Below are positions 22,506 to 34,931 of a DNA stretch of 64,000 bases, one piece after another. This DNA is from Nemertoderma westbladi (Eukaryota; Animalia; Xenacoelomorpha): assembly GCA_032718475.1 (NCBI GenBank), contig JAUCBJ010007115.1, positions 1-64,000 on the forward strand, written 5' to 3'. The notes under the pieces are model-generated. The model made no database searches. It was not told where the DNA came from and saw only the letters and a list, made by a program, of their open reading frames with translations. The translations under genes were made by a program, and so were the position numbers. Positions within the stretch are counted from its first letter, which is position 1; each line of letters opens with the position of its first letter.

Positions 22506-22859
22506 CGAATTACCCCAAAACACCCCAAAATAGCAGGCCCTATAAAACTACCCCAAAATAGTTTAGAATTACCCCAAAATACCCCAAAATACTTTTTTTG
22601 AGCCTTTATTTTGGAAATTTAATTTACCCCAAAATATGGCAAAATGACGAATTACCGGTAGGCCTACCCCAAAATAATGCAGTTAGGGAGCACTAGGCCT
22701 ACTCAAAATGGGGGTGGACGGACACCGCGAATGGGGGTGGCTCTTTCTGTAAAATTTCGCATTTTATAAGAAATATCGACCCAGATTATTCTACATTGGG
22801 CTGGACTGACACTGAATCATTACAAATTATCAAAGAGTGCCAACGTTTAACCTGTCCAC

Positions 22860-23612
22860 TAGGGCTCGATCGGAGCTCCGGCTCCGGCCATTTTGGCACC
22901 TCCGGCTCCTGCCTGCTCCGGCTCCGGTAAAAATATTGCCGGAGTTAATTTTTTAATAAAGTATTATATTTCGTGCATATTCTAATCTGAACAATTATTT
23001 ACACTATAAGTACTGAAGTAAGTACTGTAGTCTAGCTTCAATATCAAGCATAATACCGGTACTGCAGTACTGCAGTATTTACTTAAAGTCAATGACTGAC
23101 TGACTGTACTGCAGTACTGGTACTGGCCAGCTGGCTGACTAGCAGACTATTACAGATAGGCCCTACTGTAAAAAATTGTAAATGCTATGAATGTACACTG
23201 TAGCTGTACCACTGTAGCCATTTACTGCTGTCATGCCATGCCAGCTGCCAGCATACTGTACTGCAGTACTGGTACACGTACGGTAGGCTACCTACAGTAC
23301 ACATCTCTACCACGGTTAGTGAGTTAGGTAGGCTACTGTAGGTAATTTTTAGCCGTCACGTCAGGCCGTCTGTCCGTGATAAATTAATTACTTAAATTTT
23401 AAATTGAAAATTCGTAAATCTATAAATTATGAAATTAATTATACCTACAGTATGATTGATTTTGAGCGATTGGCGAACGATAACCATACTTTATTTTTTT
23501 TAAATAAATAATTAAATTTTTAAAATTTTTGAAAAACTCCGGCTCCGGCCAAATTGTCCAACTCCGGCTCCTGCTCCTGCTCCGGCCAAATCCCAACTCC
23601 GATCGAGCCCTA
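22860..23612 (-). mobile_element. Non-autonomous hAT element, copy 2 (opposite orientation)
   Basis: Same TIR, 8-bp TSD CTGTCCAC; the interior is the reverse complement of copy 1 with indels. Confidence 0.92.
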
Positions 23613-24532
23613 CTGTCCACCCAGATTTGTAACTAGGCTGGCCTAGCAGCATGACGCCAAGCCATATTTTATCCAACCTGGTGATTGACAGCAATGTTAA
23701 TCAGGGCAGGGGTTCAGTACTTGGCTGCAGAGTTGTCCTAGAGCAAGTCTGCAGGTGGGCTGTTTTATCTTCCATTGGTCAATTATTTCAGATTCAGTCC
23801 TATCTTTATCTATCTGCCTTTAGCTAAATAGGCAATTTCTGAATTAGTAGGCATACACTCTACTGATAGTTATTAGCCAGGGCAGAGATGCAGAGACAGA
23901 GAGACTAAAAGTTCCCCTTGAACAAAGCATACCTGCCGGCACTAATAACATAAGCACATGATAGCCAGATCAGTGACATATTAATATGGTCTACCTATCA
24001 GAGGCTAAGGCAGAGGTCTAATCAGGGCTGGCTGTAAGAAGCCTGTTGCAGCTGTGTACTTGTTGAGCTTGAGGCACTCCTTCCTTATTAAATAGCGTAG
24101 CAGCCAAATGCCAGCTATACATTAATAGCCGTTGGTGTGATTGTCTTCCAGAAGAACCGTCCAGTCAGCGTTAAATTGACTGGGTCTAGTTTTGGGACAA
24201 ATTGGGTAGACTTCACCAAACGGTTGAGCTGATTTTTTAGAGGGTCTTAAACATAGCAACGGAGGAAACTGCCATAGCAACAGCTCTTACTGTCTTATAG
24301 TTCAGCTCTTATCTGTAGATATGATGAGTTAAAATTTATGGAAGATTACTATTTTGGATATATATGAAGAATTCAATGGCATATTTAGTTTTTTGAAAAT
24401 ACCATAGCAACCGTGAAAAGTGAAAACGACCCTCAAAGTTAGCAGTATTGACAATGTTAGTAGCGACGGGCTTTACAGGTTACAGTTTCATAGTCGGCTA
24501 CACGAACTGGAGTTTTTGTTTAAGTATTATGT

Positions 24533-24683
24533 AGCAAGCAAAGCAAAGCAAGCAAGCAAGCAAACAGTCGGCCGAAGCCGGAGGCGACCCGAAGGCTCCT
24601 CTTTCGATAGCTGCTACCCAAGGGTAGGGGTGGGCGCTACTCCTATCCCAAGATTTGCTCCCAGTAATTTAACTGGTACTCAA
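24533..24683 (-). mobile_element. Probable SINE 3' fragment with (TTGC)n tail
   Basis: GC-rich structured stretch (ggaggcgacccgaaggctcc...gggcgctactcc) next to a gcaa microsatellite; resembles invertebrate SINE tails from memory only. Confidence 0.5.
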
Positions 24684-24969
24684 AAACTAAGTATTATGTA
24701 CCGGTAATTAATTACTTAAGTTCAAAAGAGTGTTTGCTCTAGCGAAGATTGGACGCAGGCGAAGTTTGCTGCATAGGAGCTTTCGTAGTTTCATACAACC
24801 GTGCGTAGTTCCCAGTACATCCGAGCACATTGTGTCTTTATATGAATCGCCAATACTAATAACATATTTAATATATAACCTTAAACCTGTAATTTAGAAC
24901 CGTGCTGGTACCTGACTAGTTCAGAAGTTATGTCAGTCTTGTACTTGTCAGGTCAGATTTTGTAATGTT

Positions 24970-27900
24970 TCCGTAATCTGCATTCACGGAGGGTGGTTGA
25001 TACAGGTGGCATTGTACGATAAAGCTCGGCGTTTGTCATGTGTTGTCTCCAGCTGATGTTTAGGGCTGCCCTTAGTAGTCTTGTGTAGCAACCATCACTT
25101 CGTTGTTCAAGTGATTTAGTCAGTGTCCAGGTCTCACCCCCATATAAAAATACACTTTCCACTGTGGCTCGAAAGAACTTAGTCTTCAGGTGCCTGGAGA
25201 GATCTGATTTCCAGATGGTATCCATTTTTGATAGAGCTACCCATATGCCTTTGCTTTCCTAATTTCTATGTCCTTTTTGCTACTCTCTATCCATGATCCA
25301 AGGTACTGGAAGTCATCAACCTTTCTTAGTTGATTATTGTCAATGGTTGTCAAGTTTCCATCAACATTAAAGGTCATGAATTCGGTCTTGGTAGCATTTA
25401 TATGCAATCCAACCTCCTTAGCAGCCCTCTCCACTTTATTTAGTAGAAGCTGTGCATCTGCTAGGGTATTAGAGAGCAGGGCGATGTCATCCGCAAAGTC
25501 GGTGTCTGTGACTGTAGTTGCCGGATATCTACAACTTCTGCATTCTTGAAGTATGAATCCTGTGGCTGTCCTCATTGCGTAATCCAGCACAATTACAAAT
25601 AGTAAAGGTGCTAATGTGTCACCTTGCAGTACCCCAGCCAGGATTGAGAAAAACTCAGTTTCACCATCTGGTGAGAGTACCTGTGCTTCTGTGTCACAAT
25701 ATAACAATCCAATGCCAGCAACAATTACTTCTGGTATTCCATAAGCTCTTAGGATTTCAAGCATTTTGCCTCTATGGATGGAGTCGAATGCCTTCTTGAA
25801 GTCCACAAAAGTCATGACTGCAGGGAGATTCTTCGACTTAATTCCTTCAATCAGTCTCCGTAATTCCTTCAATCAGTCTCCGTAATTCCTTCAATCAGTC
25901 TCCATAGTGCAAGTATCTGAGCTATTGTTGATCTACTTGGTCGAAATCCGTTTTGGCTCTTACGCAGTAGTTTCTCTATGTGAGGCCTAATCCTATATAG
26001 AATCATTCTATTGTATATTTTGACAGCTACCACAAGCAGACAGATTCGACGATAGTTTGCTGGTATACCGAGGTCTCCTTTCTTGGGGAGAGGCTTTAGT
26101 TGACCTTTAGTCCAAATTGGTGGTGGCTTTTCCCCTTTTAACATCCGATTGATAACATTCAATAATGGTCTGCTTAGCACTCCTGTTTTCCATACCTCTG
26201 CTGGGATTTCATCTAATCCACTCACTTTATTATTGGACATGCTTTTAATGCTTCTCTGGAGTTCGGCAGGTGTGAAGTCCCCTGTTTCTATAGGTAGTGT
26301 CTTGTCTTATATTTTCCTTGTAGGGCTGACCTCGATGTTTGGTGGCTGCACAAGCAAGTTGCTAAAGTGATTTTTCCACTTCCCCACACGTTCTTCCGGA
26401 CTATCGGCTTTGAGGCGCCCCTTTGCACAACTTTTCCGACCAGATACCTCATTTACAGTTTGCCAGGTAAGTCTTGATTGTTTCTGTATGTGAGCAGTTG
26501 TAATTGCTTCAATTTTATCCTGTATGTACTTTTCCTGGCTGATGTTGTAGGCCAATTTAAGATCGTCCTTAGCTTTCTCAACCTTGTTAATGTTTTCTGT
26601 TGTTGGTTGTTCGGTTTTAACTTTGTAGGCTATCTTAAGATCTTCTCTCTTACAAGTAACCTCAGAGTTTTGCCATGGCACATACTGTTTTCGTTTGGGT
26701 TTCTGGGGGATATGCCTCTTAGCTGATTCCTTGTGGGCTGTTATTATATTCTGGTATATTGAATCAGTGGACTGATCTTCATCCATTGACTGAAGTGCTT
26801 CAAAGCGGTTTTGAACTTCTACTGTGTAAGCATCCTTTACTGCATTGTCAGTTCTGAGTTTCTCCCAGTCGCAGTTGATTTGCTTGCTTGTCCTGGGTTT
26901 GCTGCTCTCAAACTGAGTCTGATCTCTGCAGTCACAATTCTGTGGTCCGAACCAATTAGGTTGAACGAGCTGTATGCCTCGCAGTTGATCATGCTGTTTC
27001 TCCACTTTTTGTTTATAAGGGTGTAATCCAGTTGTGCTTTGGTTCCATTAGGGTATTGAAAGGTCCATAGCTTCCCCTTACCCTTTTCGAATGTGTTGTT
27101 TGTTGGTATCAATTCACATTCTTCCATTAGGTCTAAAAGTAATTACCCATTTCTGTTAGAACTGGTGTTATAGGTGTAACCCTTGATGTCTTCTGGGCCA
27201 ATTTGCGCATTCAGCTCACCACCAATGACTTTAACATTGTGTTTCGGAATGTCCTTTATAAGTCCAGTCAGATCTTCATAAAACTTCACTGCTTGTTCTG
27301 GCTCTGAGGCATTGGTTGGACTGTAGCAACATATAACTGTTGTCTTGGGATTCCCATCAAATGTTGCGATCATAACCCTGGAATTTATAGATTCGATGTT
27401 GTTTAGGGTCTTAAGTGCAAATGGGCTTAGCAGAATTCCTACTCAGCCAATTGATGCATTGGCCAAGTTTCTTATTGCTGAGCTTGTTACTAACGTCCAT
27501 CCATTTCTAATGTCATTGTACTTCATGGCAGAGTCCTCATGACAAATCCGATGTTCTTGGATGTAGATGATGTCGATGTTATAGGCCTATTCCATTGCCA
27601 GAGCAACCATGTCACCCTGTTTGCTATGTGCTTTCAGCATGCGTGTGTTCATTGTAGCAATCTTTAGTGTCGTTTTACATTTCAACAGGTTGGTTCTTCT
27701 TTCTTCTCTGTCTTCTGTTCCAGTAGCCAATTTATCGACCCCAGCCTGGTGTACCACTGAGGGACGTGGTCCTTGTTGACCCGGGCGACGACCGAGCCGG
27801 TATTTCTCCCGGAGGTTTCTCATACTCATCTTTCAGTTGCGGGAATAAACCGCTTGTGGTCGCAACTCCTACAAGCGTCTTCGCAGTAGGTCACCGTTGG

Positions 27901-28140
27901 TTGATTACCTTCCGCCGACCTTGTCAGCATGTCTAGCCGTTGGTTGATTACCTTCCGCCTATCCATGGCCTACAGCCCTGCTTCCGACTGTAGGGGTCCA
28001 TTCGTTACACCCTGAAACAAGTGTGCCTCCTGGGTTAGGTATCCAGTATAGACAGAGCGGGGTGTGTATCATCTCTATTGCAGATGCGTATCAAGCCTTT
28101 GCCTATGGTGCCCTAGGCGCTATAGCCCTCAATGACTTAT
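24970..28140 (-). mobile_element. Near full-length degenerate RTE-clade LINE (APE endonuclease + RT), second family
   Basis: Collinear minus-strand ORF pieces: IATMNTR, IQEHR, CYSPT, QLDY, SDHR; GFR..RST, FVDFKKAFDS, GVLQGDTLAP, DFADD, FQYLGS. A 22-bp triplication at ~25839-25903 frameshifts it; the 3' end is truncated. Confidence 0.92.
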
Positions 28141-30029
28141 TTAGTTGACGGGGCTAAACCAACCCACTCTTGATCAACTAAATAATGAGTAGGCTACTGG
28201 CGCTTATCGGGCCTGCCCTACTGGGCTGACAGCTACAGGCAGTACCACATTACTGCCATAGTGGTGGCAGGATCGGGGGACCTGACCTGACTGAAAAAAT
28301 CCGACAAATCCTTGTACTTTTTTCAAATTTTGATGATTCCCCTTTGCCCATGGAGAACATCTTATACTTTTTTCAAAAGTTTGTTGATTCGGCTATATCC
28401 ATGGCAAACCATTCCTTTTCAAAGTGGGTTGATTCCTCTATGCCCTTATTAAGAAACCTAATTATTTGAAAGTTTATTTATTAACGTAATAGTAGTAATA
28501 ATAACAATACCTGATTAGTATACATTGCACTGTAATATTGCATATAATTACCTAATTAACTAAAACAGCTAATTAACTATTAATAAATGCCACAAACTGT
28601 AAATTGATTTATTAGGCATATTTTACGAAATGCCACAATTCCTAAAAATGTGCACTGTAATATAATAATTGCTTAATAATAATTTGACATTAAAAAAACA
28701 AACTAAAAAATTATTTTAATTATAATTGATTTTAATTATTGACAGTATGTCGAATAAATATATTTATTTAAAATGGCATTTCGCCGATGACAACATGAAT
28801 AATGCTTCAGTATAAAATGCCACATCAAAGTACTGTAAAGTAATTCACAATTCACAACATAATTATATTGTAAGTTAGTCCTATATTATGTCCTACTGTG
28901 TAATTAAATTTAAAAACTACGAAATTAACTACAAATTATAATTACTACATGCAACAAGTATGGGCCACAATTACAACTAAACCTATGGGAACAAATGCAA
29001 TTATAATTTACCCTTCGCGTCATCCCGCTTCATTGTCATCAAGCAACGACAACACGTTGGGGGTGTTTCCAGACCGAGACCATGTCTTATCCACCACAGA
29101 AAGACGGCTGCAGATGACTTCCGCCAAATCTCTGCTAATCGTAAATTATTCAGGCACTTAAACTGGCATTCGTCCTCCCTCCCCCAGTGCCACCGGTACA
29201 ATAATTGAACATCGCCATTTAAAATATTATTTCACTATTAGTTGAGAGCCTACTTACAGTAAAGTAGGTACCGGTACTGCTATAGTGCGGTTATCTGGAA
29301 CTGGCAGGGCAGTAGTAGTACTGACAGTGGACAAACTAAGTTAAATATTTTTCTAGTAAATGCAGTTTTTTCACATGCTGAGCGAAGGGCACATCGTTCT
29401 CTGCAGCCATAAAATTTACACCACATTAAATACACGACCTAGGGTGTCTGTCTGCAGATTTTCCAGCAAATTGAAGGAAAATTGAGGAAATGGGCAAAAA
29501 ACAGGCAAAAATTGTCTTTTCGAGGAAAAGGCCATAAACTCATGATTTTTCATCATGCTCCTCGAAGCGGAGAATCACCTAATTAAAACATTCTTTTTTT
29601 TCTATTAAGTTACACATAAATCAGAGAGTGTATGTGTCAAATTTGAGACAAATCGCTCCAAAAATGGCCACTGAGGAAAGGTGTTTGTCACTGTGCCTCA
29701 AATGTGATAGAACCTGTTTTTGCATCATCGCTCGGTCCTACGAATCTCCCAAATACTCCGTTTGGTTGTCAGTTCCGTTTGGTTGTCAAACTAGGCCTAC
29801 TACTCTATACGGGTAGTACTTGATAGTTTTTTTTGGTTCCATTTGCTTGTCACTGTCACTATAACCTGCTTTTTTCCGTTTCAGCGACATGCAACTTTTG
29901 AATGCCCTTATATAATCTATTTATTATATTTACATCGCATGAAATTTATATTAGTGAAGAGCTTGACATACCTAAAACTACTGCCATCTGTATTTAATGT
30001 ATTGATTAAGTTTTACTGAAGATTGGATA

Positions 30030-31787
30030 ATGGAACAACATACTAATTTATTGATAGAAAAATCTGGTGCCGGTATAATTATAAAGAAAGAACAAACGGA
30101 TTGTATAATTATAAAGAAAGAACCAACAGACTTTATAATTATAAAGAGAGAACCATCAGACTCCACCCCCTATTCTCTTGATGTTAAACAAGAGAACTGC
30201 GTTTACGGATCATCTCCGATCGAAGATCACAACAATTTGTTCGGTGCAGTAGATGTTGTCCCTGTACTAGATGACGAAGATATTTCCTATGAACCATCTG
30301 GAGATTCTTTTATTGTTGAAAAACGAGAAAACGACGGCCCAGACTGTTCGTATGGTAGGCCTATTGAAACTGAAGGTACAGAAGCGACAATCAGTTGTGC
30401 AACAACAGAGTCAGGTAGTTCTAATAAAACTGTTGGGGAGTTGGTATCTTCTTCAGATACCAGTTCCTGTTTGCATTGTAATGAATTATTTAATAACAAA
30501 GGGAATTTAGAGAGACATATAGAATCCGTTCATAAAGACGTCAAGAATAAGTATAAATGCGATTATTGTGAGAAATTGTTTAAACGCAAAAATTATGTAA
30601 AGAAGCATGTTGACGCTACCCATAAAGATATCAAACATAAGTGCGGTTATTGTAATAAAGAATTCAGTCAGCAAAGGAATCTAAACACCCACGTTATCTT
30701 TGCCCACAAAGGTATCATCAAATATAGCTGCTCCGATTGTAGAAAATCATTTGCTACAAAAGCCGTACTAAAACAACATGTCGACTCTATACATAAAGAT
30801 ATCAAACATAAGTGCGGTTATTGTAATAAAGAATTCAGCCAGCAAGGTAGTCTAAACACCCATGTGAACTACTTTCATAAAGATATCAAGTACAACTGTT
30901 TTGATTGTGGAAAATCATTTGCTACTAAAGCCGAACTAAAACAACATGTCGACTCTATACATAAAGATATCAAACATAAGTGCGGTTATTGTTATAAAGA
31001 ATTCAGCCAGCAAAGGAATCTAAACACCCACATTATCTTTGCCCACAAAGGTATCATCAAGTATAGCTGCTCCGATTGTGGAAAATCATTTGATAAAAAA
31101 GCCGTACTAAAACAACATGTCGACTCTATACATAAAGAAATCAAACATAAGTGCGGTTATTGTAGTAAAGAATTCAGCCAGCAAGGTAGTCTAAACACCC
31201 ATGTGAACTACTTTCATAAAGATATCAAGTACAACTGTTTTGATTGTGGAAAATCATTTGCTACTAAAGCCGAACTAAAACAACATGTCGACTCTATACA
31301 TAAAGATATCAAACATAAGTGCGTTTATTGTCATAAAGGATTCAGTCAGCAAGGCAGTCTAAACACCCACATTAACTTTGCCCACAAAGGTATCATCAAG
31401 TATAGCTGCTTCGACTGCGGAAAATCATTTGCTAAAAAATGCGTACTAAAACAACATGTCGACTCTATACATAAAGATATCAAATATAAGTGCGACTATT
31501 GTAATAAAGAATTCAGCTATCAAACAAATCTAAATACCCACATTAACTTTACCCACAAAGGTATTATCAAGTATAGCTGCTCCGATTGTGGAAAATCATT
31601 TGGTCAAAAAGGCGCTCTAAAACAACATATCGACTCTATTCATAAAGATATCAAGCATAAGTGTGATTATTGTAATAAAGAATTCAGTTACAAAAACCAC
31701 CTAAAACGTCATGTCGACTCTATACATAAAGATATCAAACATAGTGCGGTTATTGTCATAAAGAATTCAACCAGCAAGTCTACCTAA
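30030..31787 (+). CDS. Intronless tandem C2H2 zinc-finger protein (15 fingers, a 16th out of frame)
   Basis: Repeated CxxC-x3-F-x5-L-x2-H-x4-H with KDIK/KGIIK linkers; acidic N-terminus with IKKE/IKRE/VKQE motifs; candidate splice acceptor ttttccgtttcag at 29884 and ATTAAA near 31875. Confidence 0.93.
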   Translation: MEQHTNLLIEKSGAGIIIKKEQTDCIIIKKEPTDFIIIKREPSDSTPYSLDVKQENCVYGSSPIEDHNNLFGAVDVVPVLDDEDISYEPSGDSFIVEKRENDGPDCSYGRPIETEGTEATISCATTESGSSNKTVGELVSSSDTSSCLHCNELFNNKGNLERHIESVHKDVKNKYKCDYCEKLFKRKNYVKKHVDATHKDIKHKCGYCNKEFSQQRNLNTHVIFAHKGIIKYSCSDCRKSFATKAVLKQHVDSIHKDIKHKCGYCNKEFSQQGSLNTHVNYFHKDIKYNCFDCGKSFATKAELKQHVDSIHKDIKHKCGYCYKEFSQQRNLNTHIIFAHKGIIKYSCSDCGKSFDKKAVLKQHVDSIHKEIKHKCGYCSKEFSQQGSLNTHVNYFHKDIKYNCFDCGKSFATKAELKQHVDSIHKDIKHKCVYCHKGFSQQGSLNTHINFAHKGIIKYSCFDCGKSFAKKCVLKQHVDSIHKDIKYKCDYCNKEFSYQTNLNTHINFTHKGIIKYSCSDCGKSFGQKGALKQHIDSIHKDIKHKCDYCNKEFSYKNHLKRHVDSIHKDIKHSAVIVIKNSTSKST

Positions 31788-33216
31788 TCACCCATATCAA
31801 TTCTGTTCATAAATCTTAAAGTTACCGGTAACAAAATTGTTGTATTTGTACTGAACTATATTTGTAACTGATCAATTAAATACATTGATTTTCAGGTTAT
31901 TAATGTTTTCAGGGATGCTGATTTTAAGGGGGGGGGGGGGGGGGGGGGTCTGTGAACTGTCTGTCTGTGATTGTGTTTCTGACGGTTTGTCCGTCACAAT
32001 ATAACAATAAACAATAATTCCAAACGTCAGTTTTCACTTTTAACGAAAACTGTTATGTCTGTCAGTCGGTCTGTCCAACGATCTGTCTGTCAAAATATAA
32101 GGACATCCATCATACCTCACTTCCGAAGTCAGTTTTCATTTTTAGTGAAGTCTATTATGTCTGATTGTCAGTCAGTATAATGGATTTCTCGTGCTCCTTG
32201 GCACGATAAGCTCCTAAAACGGCTTTGAATCTCAAAAAGGTTCCAGGTAGTGCTCTACTTTCGCTTAGTGTTTTGGTTTTCCGGCTAACATAAAATATTT
32301 CCACTTGAACACGGTCCTTCAATGACTTGTTATTTACGGACATCCACAACTTTTCAATATAGTACAAAAACACAGTGATTTTCTATTCTTCCCAAATAAT
32401 ACTGTATATTGCTTCCTTCTAAATAAATGAAATAGCCTACTGTAACACTGCAGAAAAACCTCTGGGATGAGGAAAAAGATAGAAACCGGGTGAGGGGTGC
32501 TTTGGGTCCGTTAGGATCCAAAGTATAGCCTCTAAATAATCCAAAAAGCAGATAAAATATACCATATTTTTAGCCGTTTTGTTTTGCTAAAAATACACTG
32601 GAAAAAATATACAAATAAAGGGAAAAACTCTAATAATAATCAATTGTTTTGAAAAACGTCTTAATAAATATTCTTACTACAAAGAGGATCCGTTTCTGTG
32701 TTTTTGTACGCGATATAACATTTAAGATTTCACTTTCTTTTGACTTTTAAACCCGTTTCGTGCCTACTGTACGTACGACTTTTGTTATTACGTGTTGCCA
32801 TGACATTTAAACATACCAAGCCTGCATACCGTGTTAACTATATTCTTACCACAATGAGCATCTGTTTCTGTGTACTTGTGCGCGATATAACATATAATAT
32901 TTTATTCCAACCTCTAAAATCGATTCTTTTACTTTACACTTTACCTATCCTTAATATACTACTGTACGTACGATTTATGTTTTTGCCTGTTACCATGACA
33001 CATAAACTTGACTTTGCCCGACTCTTCTACTTTATGCTTATATTTGGACATTTGTACATAGATCATCGCTTTAATCGATATATGCGTTTTACCGGATGTT
33101 CTTGTATGCTTTCTCTTTTGATGCAATAAGGGTTCTTATTTTGAGAGGGAATTTTGAACTGGTGAAGGGATGCACTTATTTTTCTTGTATAATACTGTAC
33201 CTGTTTCATTAATAAA

Positions 33217-33250
33217 GGCTGAAGTAGCCCGGTAGGGCGAAAACGTTCAC
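33217..33250 (+). ncRNA. Degenerate minimal hammerhead-like motif, possibly a Penelope-like remnant
   Basis: ctgaagta-gccc-ggta-gggc-gaaa-acgttc: CUGA box, 4-bp stem II, GAAA and a palindromic stem III; stem I pairing is not evident. Confidence 0.35.
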
Positions 33251-33531
33251 ATACACTTAACCCTTTTTTACTGCCAGGCAAGACCCCGAACACTTACCCT
33301 AATTATCAAACTCCAACTTTAATTTGGTATTTCATTTACTTCATTATGCAACCCCTGGCAAATGCCTACCGCTTCATCTCACAACTTCATAAAGTTATGG
33401 AAAAGTCATAATAAACTTGGTGCAGCTTCACGCTATTGGAACTTGGCGATAGTGCAGAACACCAGGTTACCGTTACCGTCTGAGTCCAAACAGGGGTGGT
33501 ACCGATTGGACTTAAAAGATTAGCTGCAATT

Positions 33532-34543
33532 TGTTCTCAGACCATAGAGGTTTATTTGGGAGAACCACAAATAAACATATAGCCTGCAGACAGTGCACCA
33601 GCACTACCGTGGGCAGGAGAGCCGAGCCGGTGGAGACGCTGCCACTTTTGCCTGGTAGGCGAGAGGAAGCACACAAGCGCTCCGGGCTTGTCTAGCCAAT
33701 GTGCTCAGACCAACGGCGGAACCGTCTTACGTTACTAGCGACCGCAAAGCCTTTCGCAGGCCCGATCCAGCAACAAAGAGGGCCCCAACTTGGACCAGAG
33801 CTGGCTTTTAGGCGAGATAGTACAGCCGACCGACGGCGAAATCGTCTTATGTTACTGGCGACCGCAAAGCCTTTCGCAGGCCCGATCCAGCAACAAAGAC
33901 GGCACCAACTCAGAACAGAGCTGACTTCTAGGCCAAGCACCTCTGCTGTACTGAGGAGCAGGGCTCAACAGTTATGCCTGAGGCAGAGTGAAGACTCTTG
34001 AGTTTTTAGTCCCGATGCGCCCCTATTTATAGCCTGATGTGGGGTCAATATGGAGTTGACCCCTAATTATCACCTGCGCGCTGGTGGACTTTCTGGGCAG
34101 AGACTTTACATTCAAACAATGTTAAATATAATTACCCAATTTAATAGACCAATTAATATTGGTGCACGTTCGAACAATATTAGATATAGACTCAATAATA
34201 TAGACCAATTAATATTGGTGCCTGGGTGGAGTTTTGAAGGTGACTAGTCAATCACTCCCTACTGCTATTGGGTGGTGGCCATAGGCTGTGTACTGGGGGC
34301 CGGTGTAAGGGAAGGGATGTATTGGATAACAATGGACCCTGGATAGTGCATTGGATGGAGTGTATTGGGCGGATCAGGCAAGGCTTGACACGCCCGCCAC
34401 AACTAAGGATATCTGGGTTGGGGCAATAAGTCATAATGTGAGATATGGGATAATATTGAATATTTTGGTGAATATTTCTGGGATGAATATTGCGTCGAAT
34501 ATTTTGAGATGAATATTACGACTGGATAAGGAAGGGGGGGATA
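33532..34543 (-). mobile_element. Putative solo LTR with internal ~117-bp and ~56-bp duplications
   Basis: On the minus strand: TATAAATA near 34030, AATAAA near 33555, terminus ...GAGAACA at 33532; the other end and TSD are not clean. Confidence 0.4.
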
Positions 34544-34931
34544 ATTATATTGTAATTATTTCGTTATTAAAATCAAAGTCCCGATGAAGTGTATTTTCGT
34601 CACCTTCAAGGCAGAACCCCCTAAGTAAATTTTTTTCGATTTTCATGTTTTTGACTTTTTGGGTAATTCTATATCGGCTTTTTCGTTTGGCAGAACCCCG
34701 AAGCTTTTCTACCAGCCATTTTTGAGTTATAAGCCAAAGACTGTTCCCCGTAACTGATGCCCACTTCGAGGCAGAACCCCACAAGTCAATAATTGGCTTG
34801 CAAAACACCGTAAATTCAAGTATATGAAATTCAGTCTACCTGGCAAAACCCCTTAAATCAGAAATAACAACCTGTAAAACCCCTTAAATCACCGTAATTT
34901 CTCATTCATATACTGGTTTGTACTGCGGCCA

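Larger units (their letters stand above)
20757..29714. mobile_element. Pair of long (~450-520 bp) diverged inverted repeats, 20757-21274 and 29263-29714; probable arms of an old non-autonomous DNA element
   Basis: ggttctatcacatttgaggcacag and gtcgtgtatttaatgtggtgtaaatttta on the left match reverse complements on the right. Confidence 0.7.

Noticed and set aside
30030-31787. PRDM9 or KRAB-ZNF orthology
   Set aside because: No SET, KRAB or SSXRD domain is visible and the linkers are not TGEKP.
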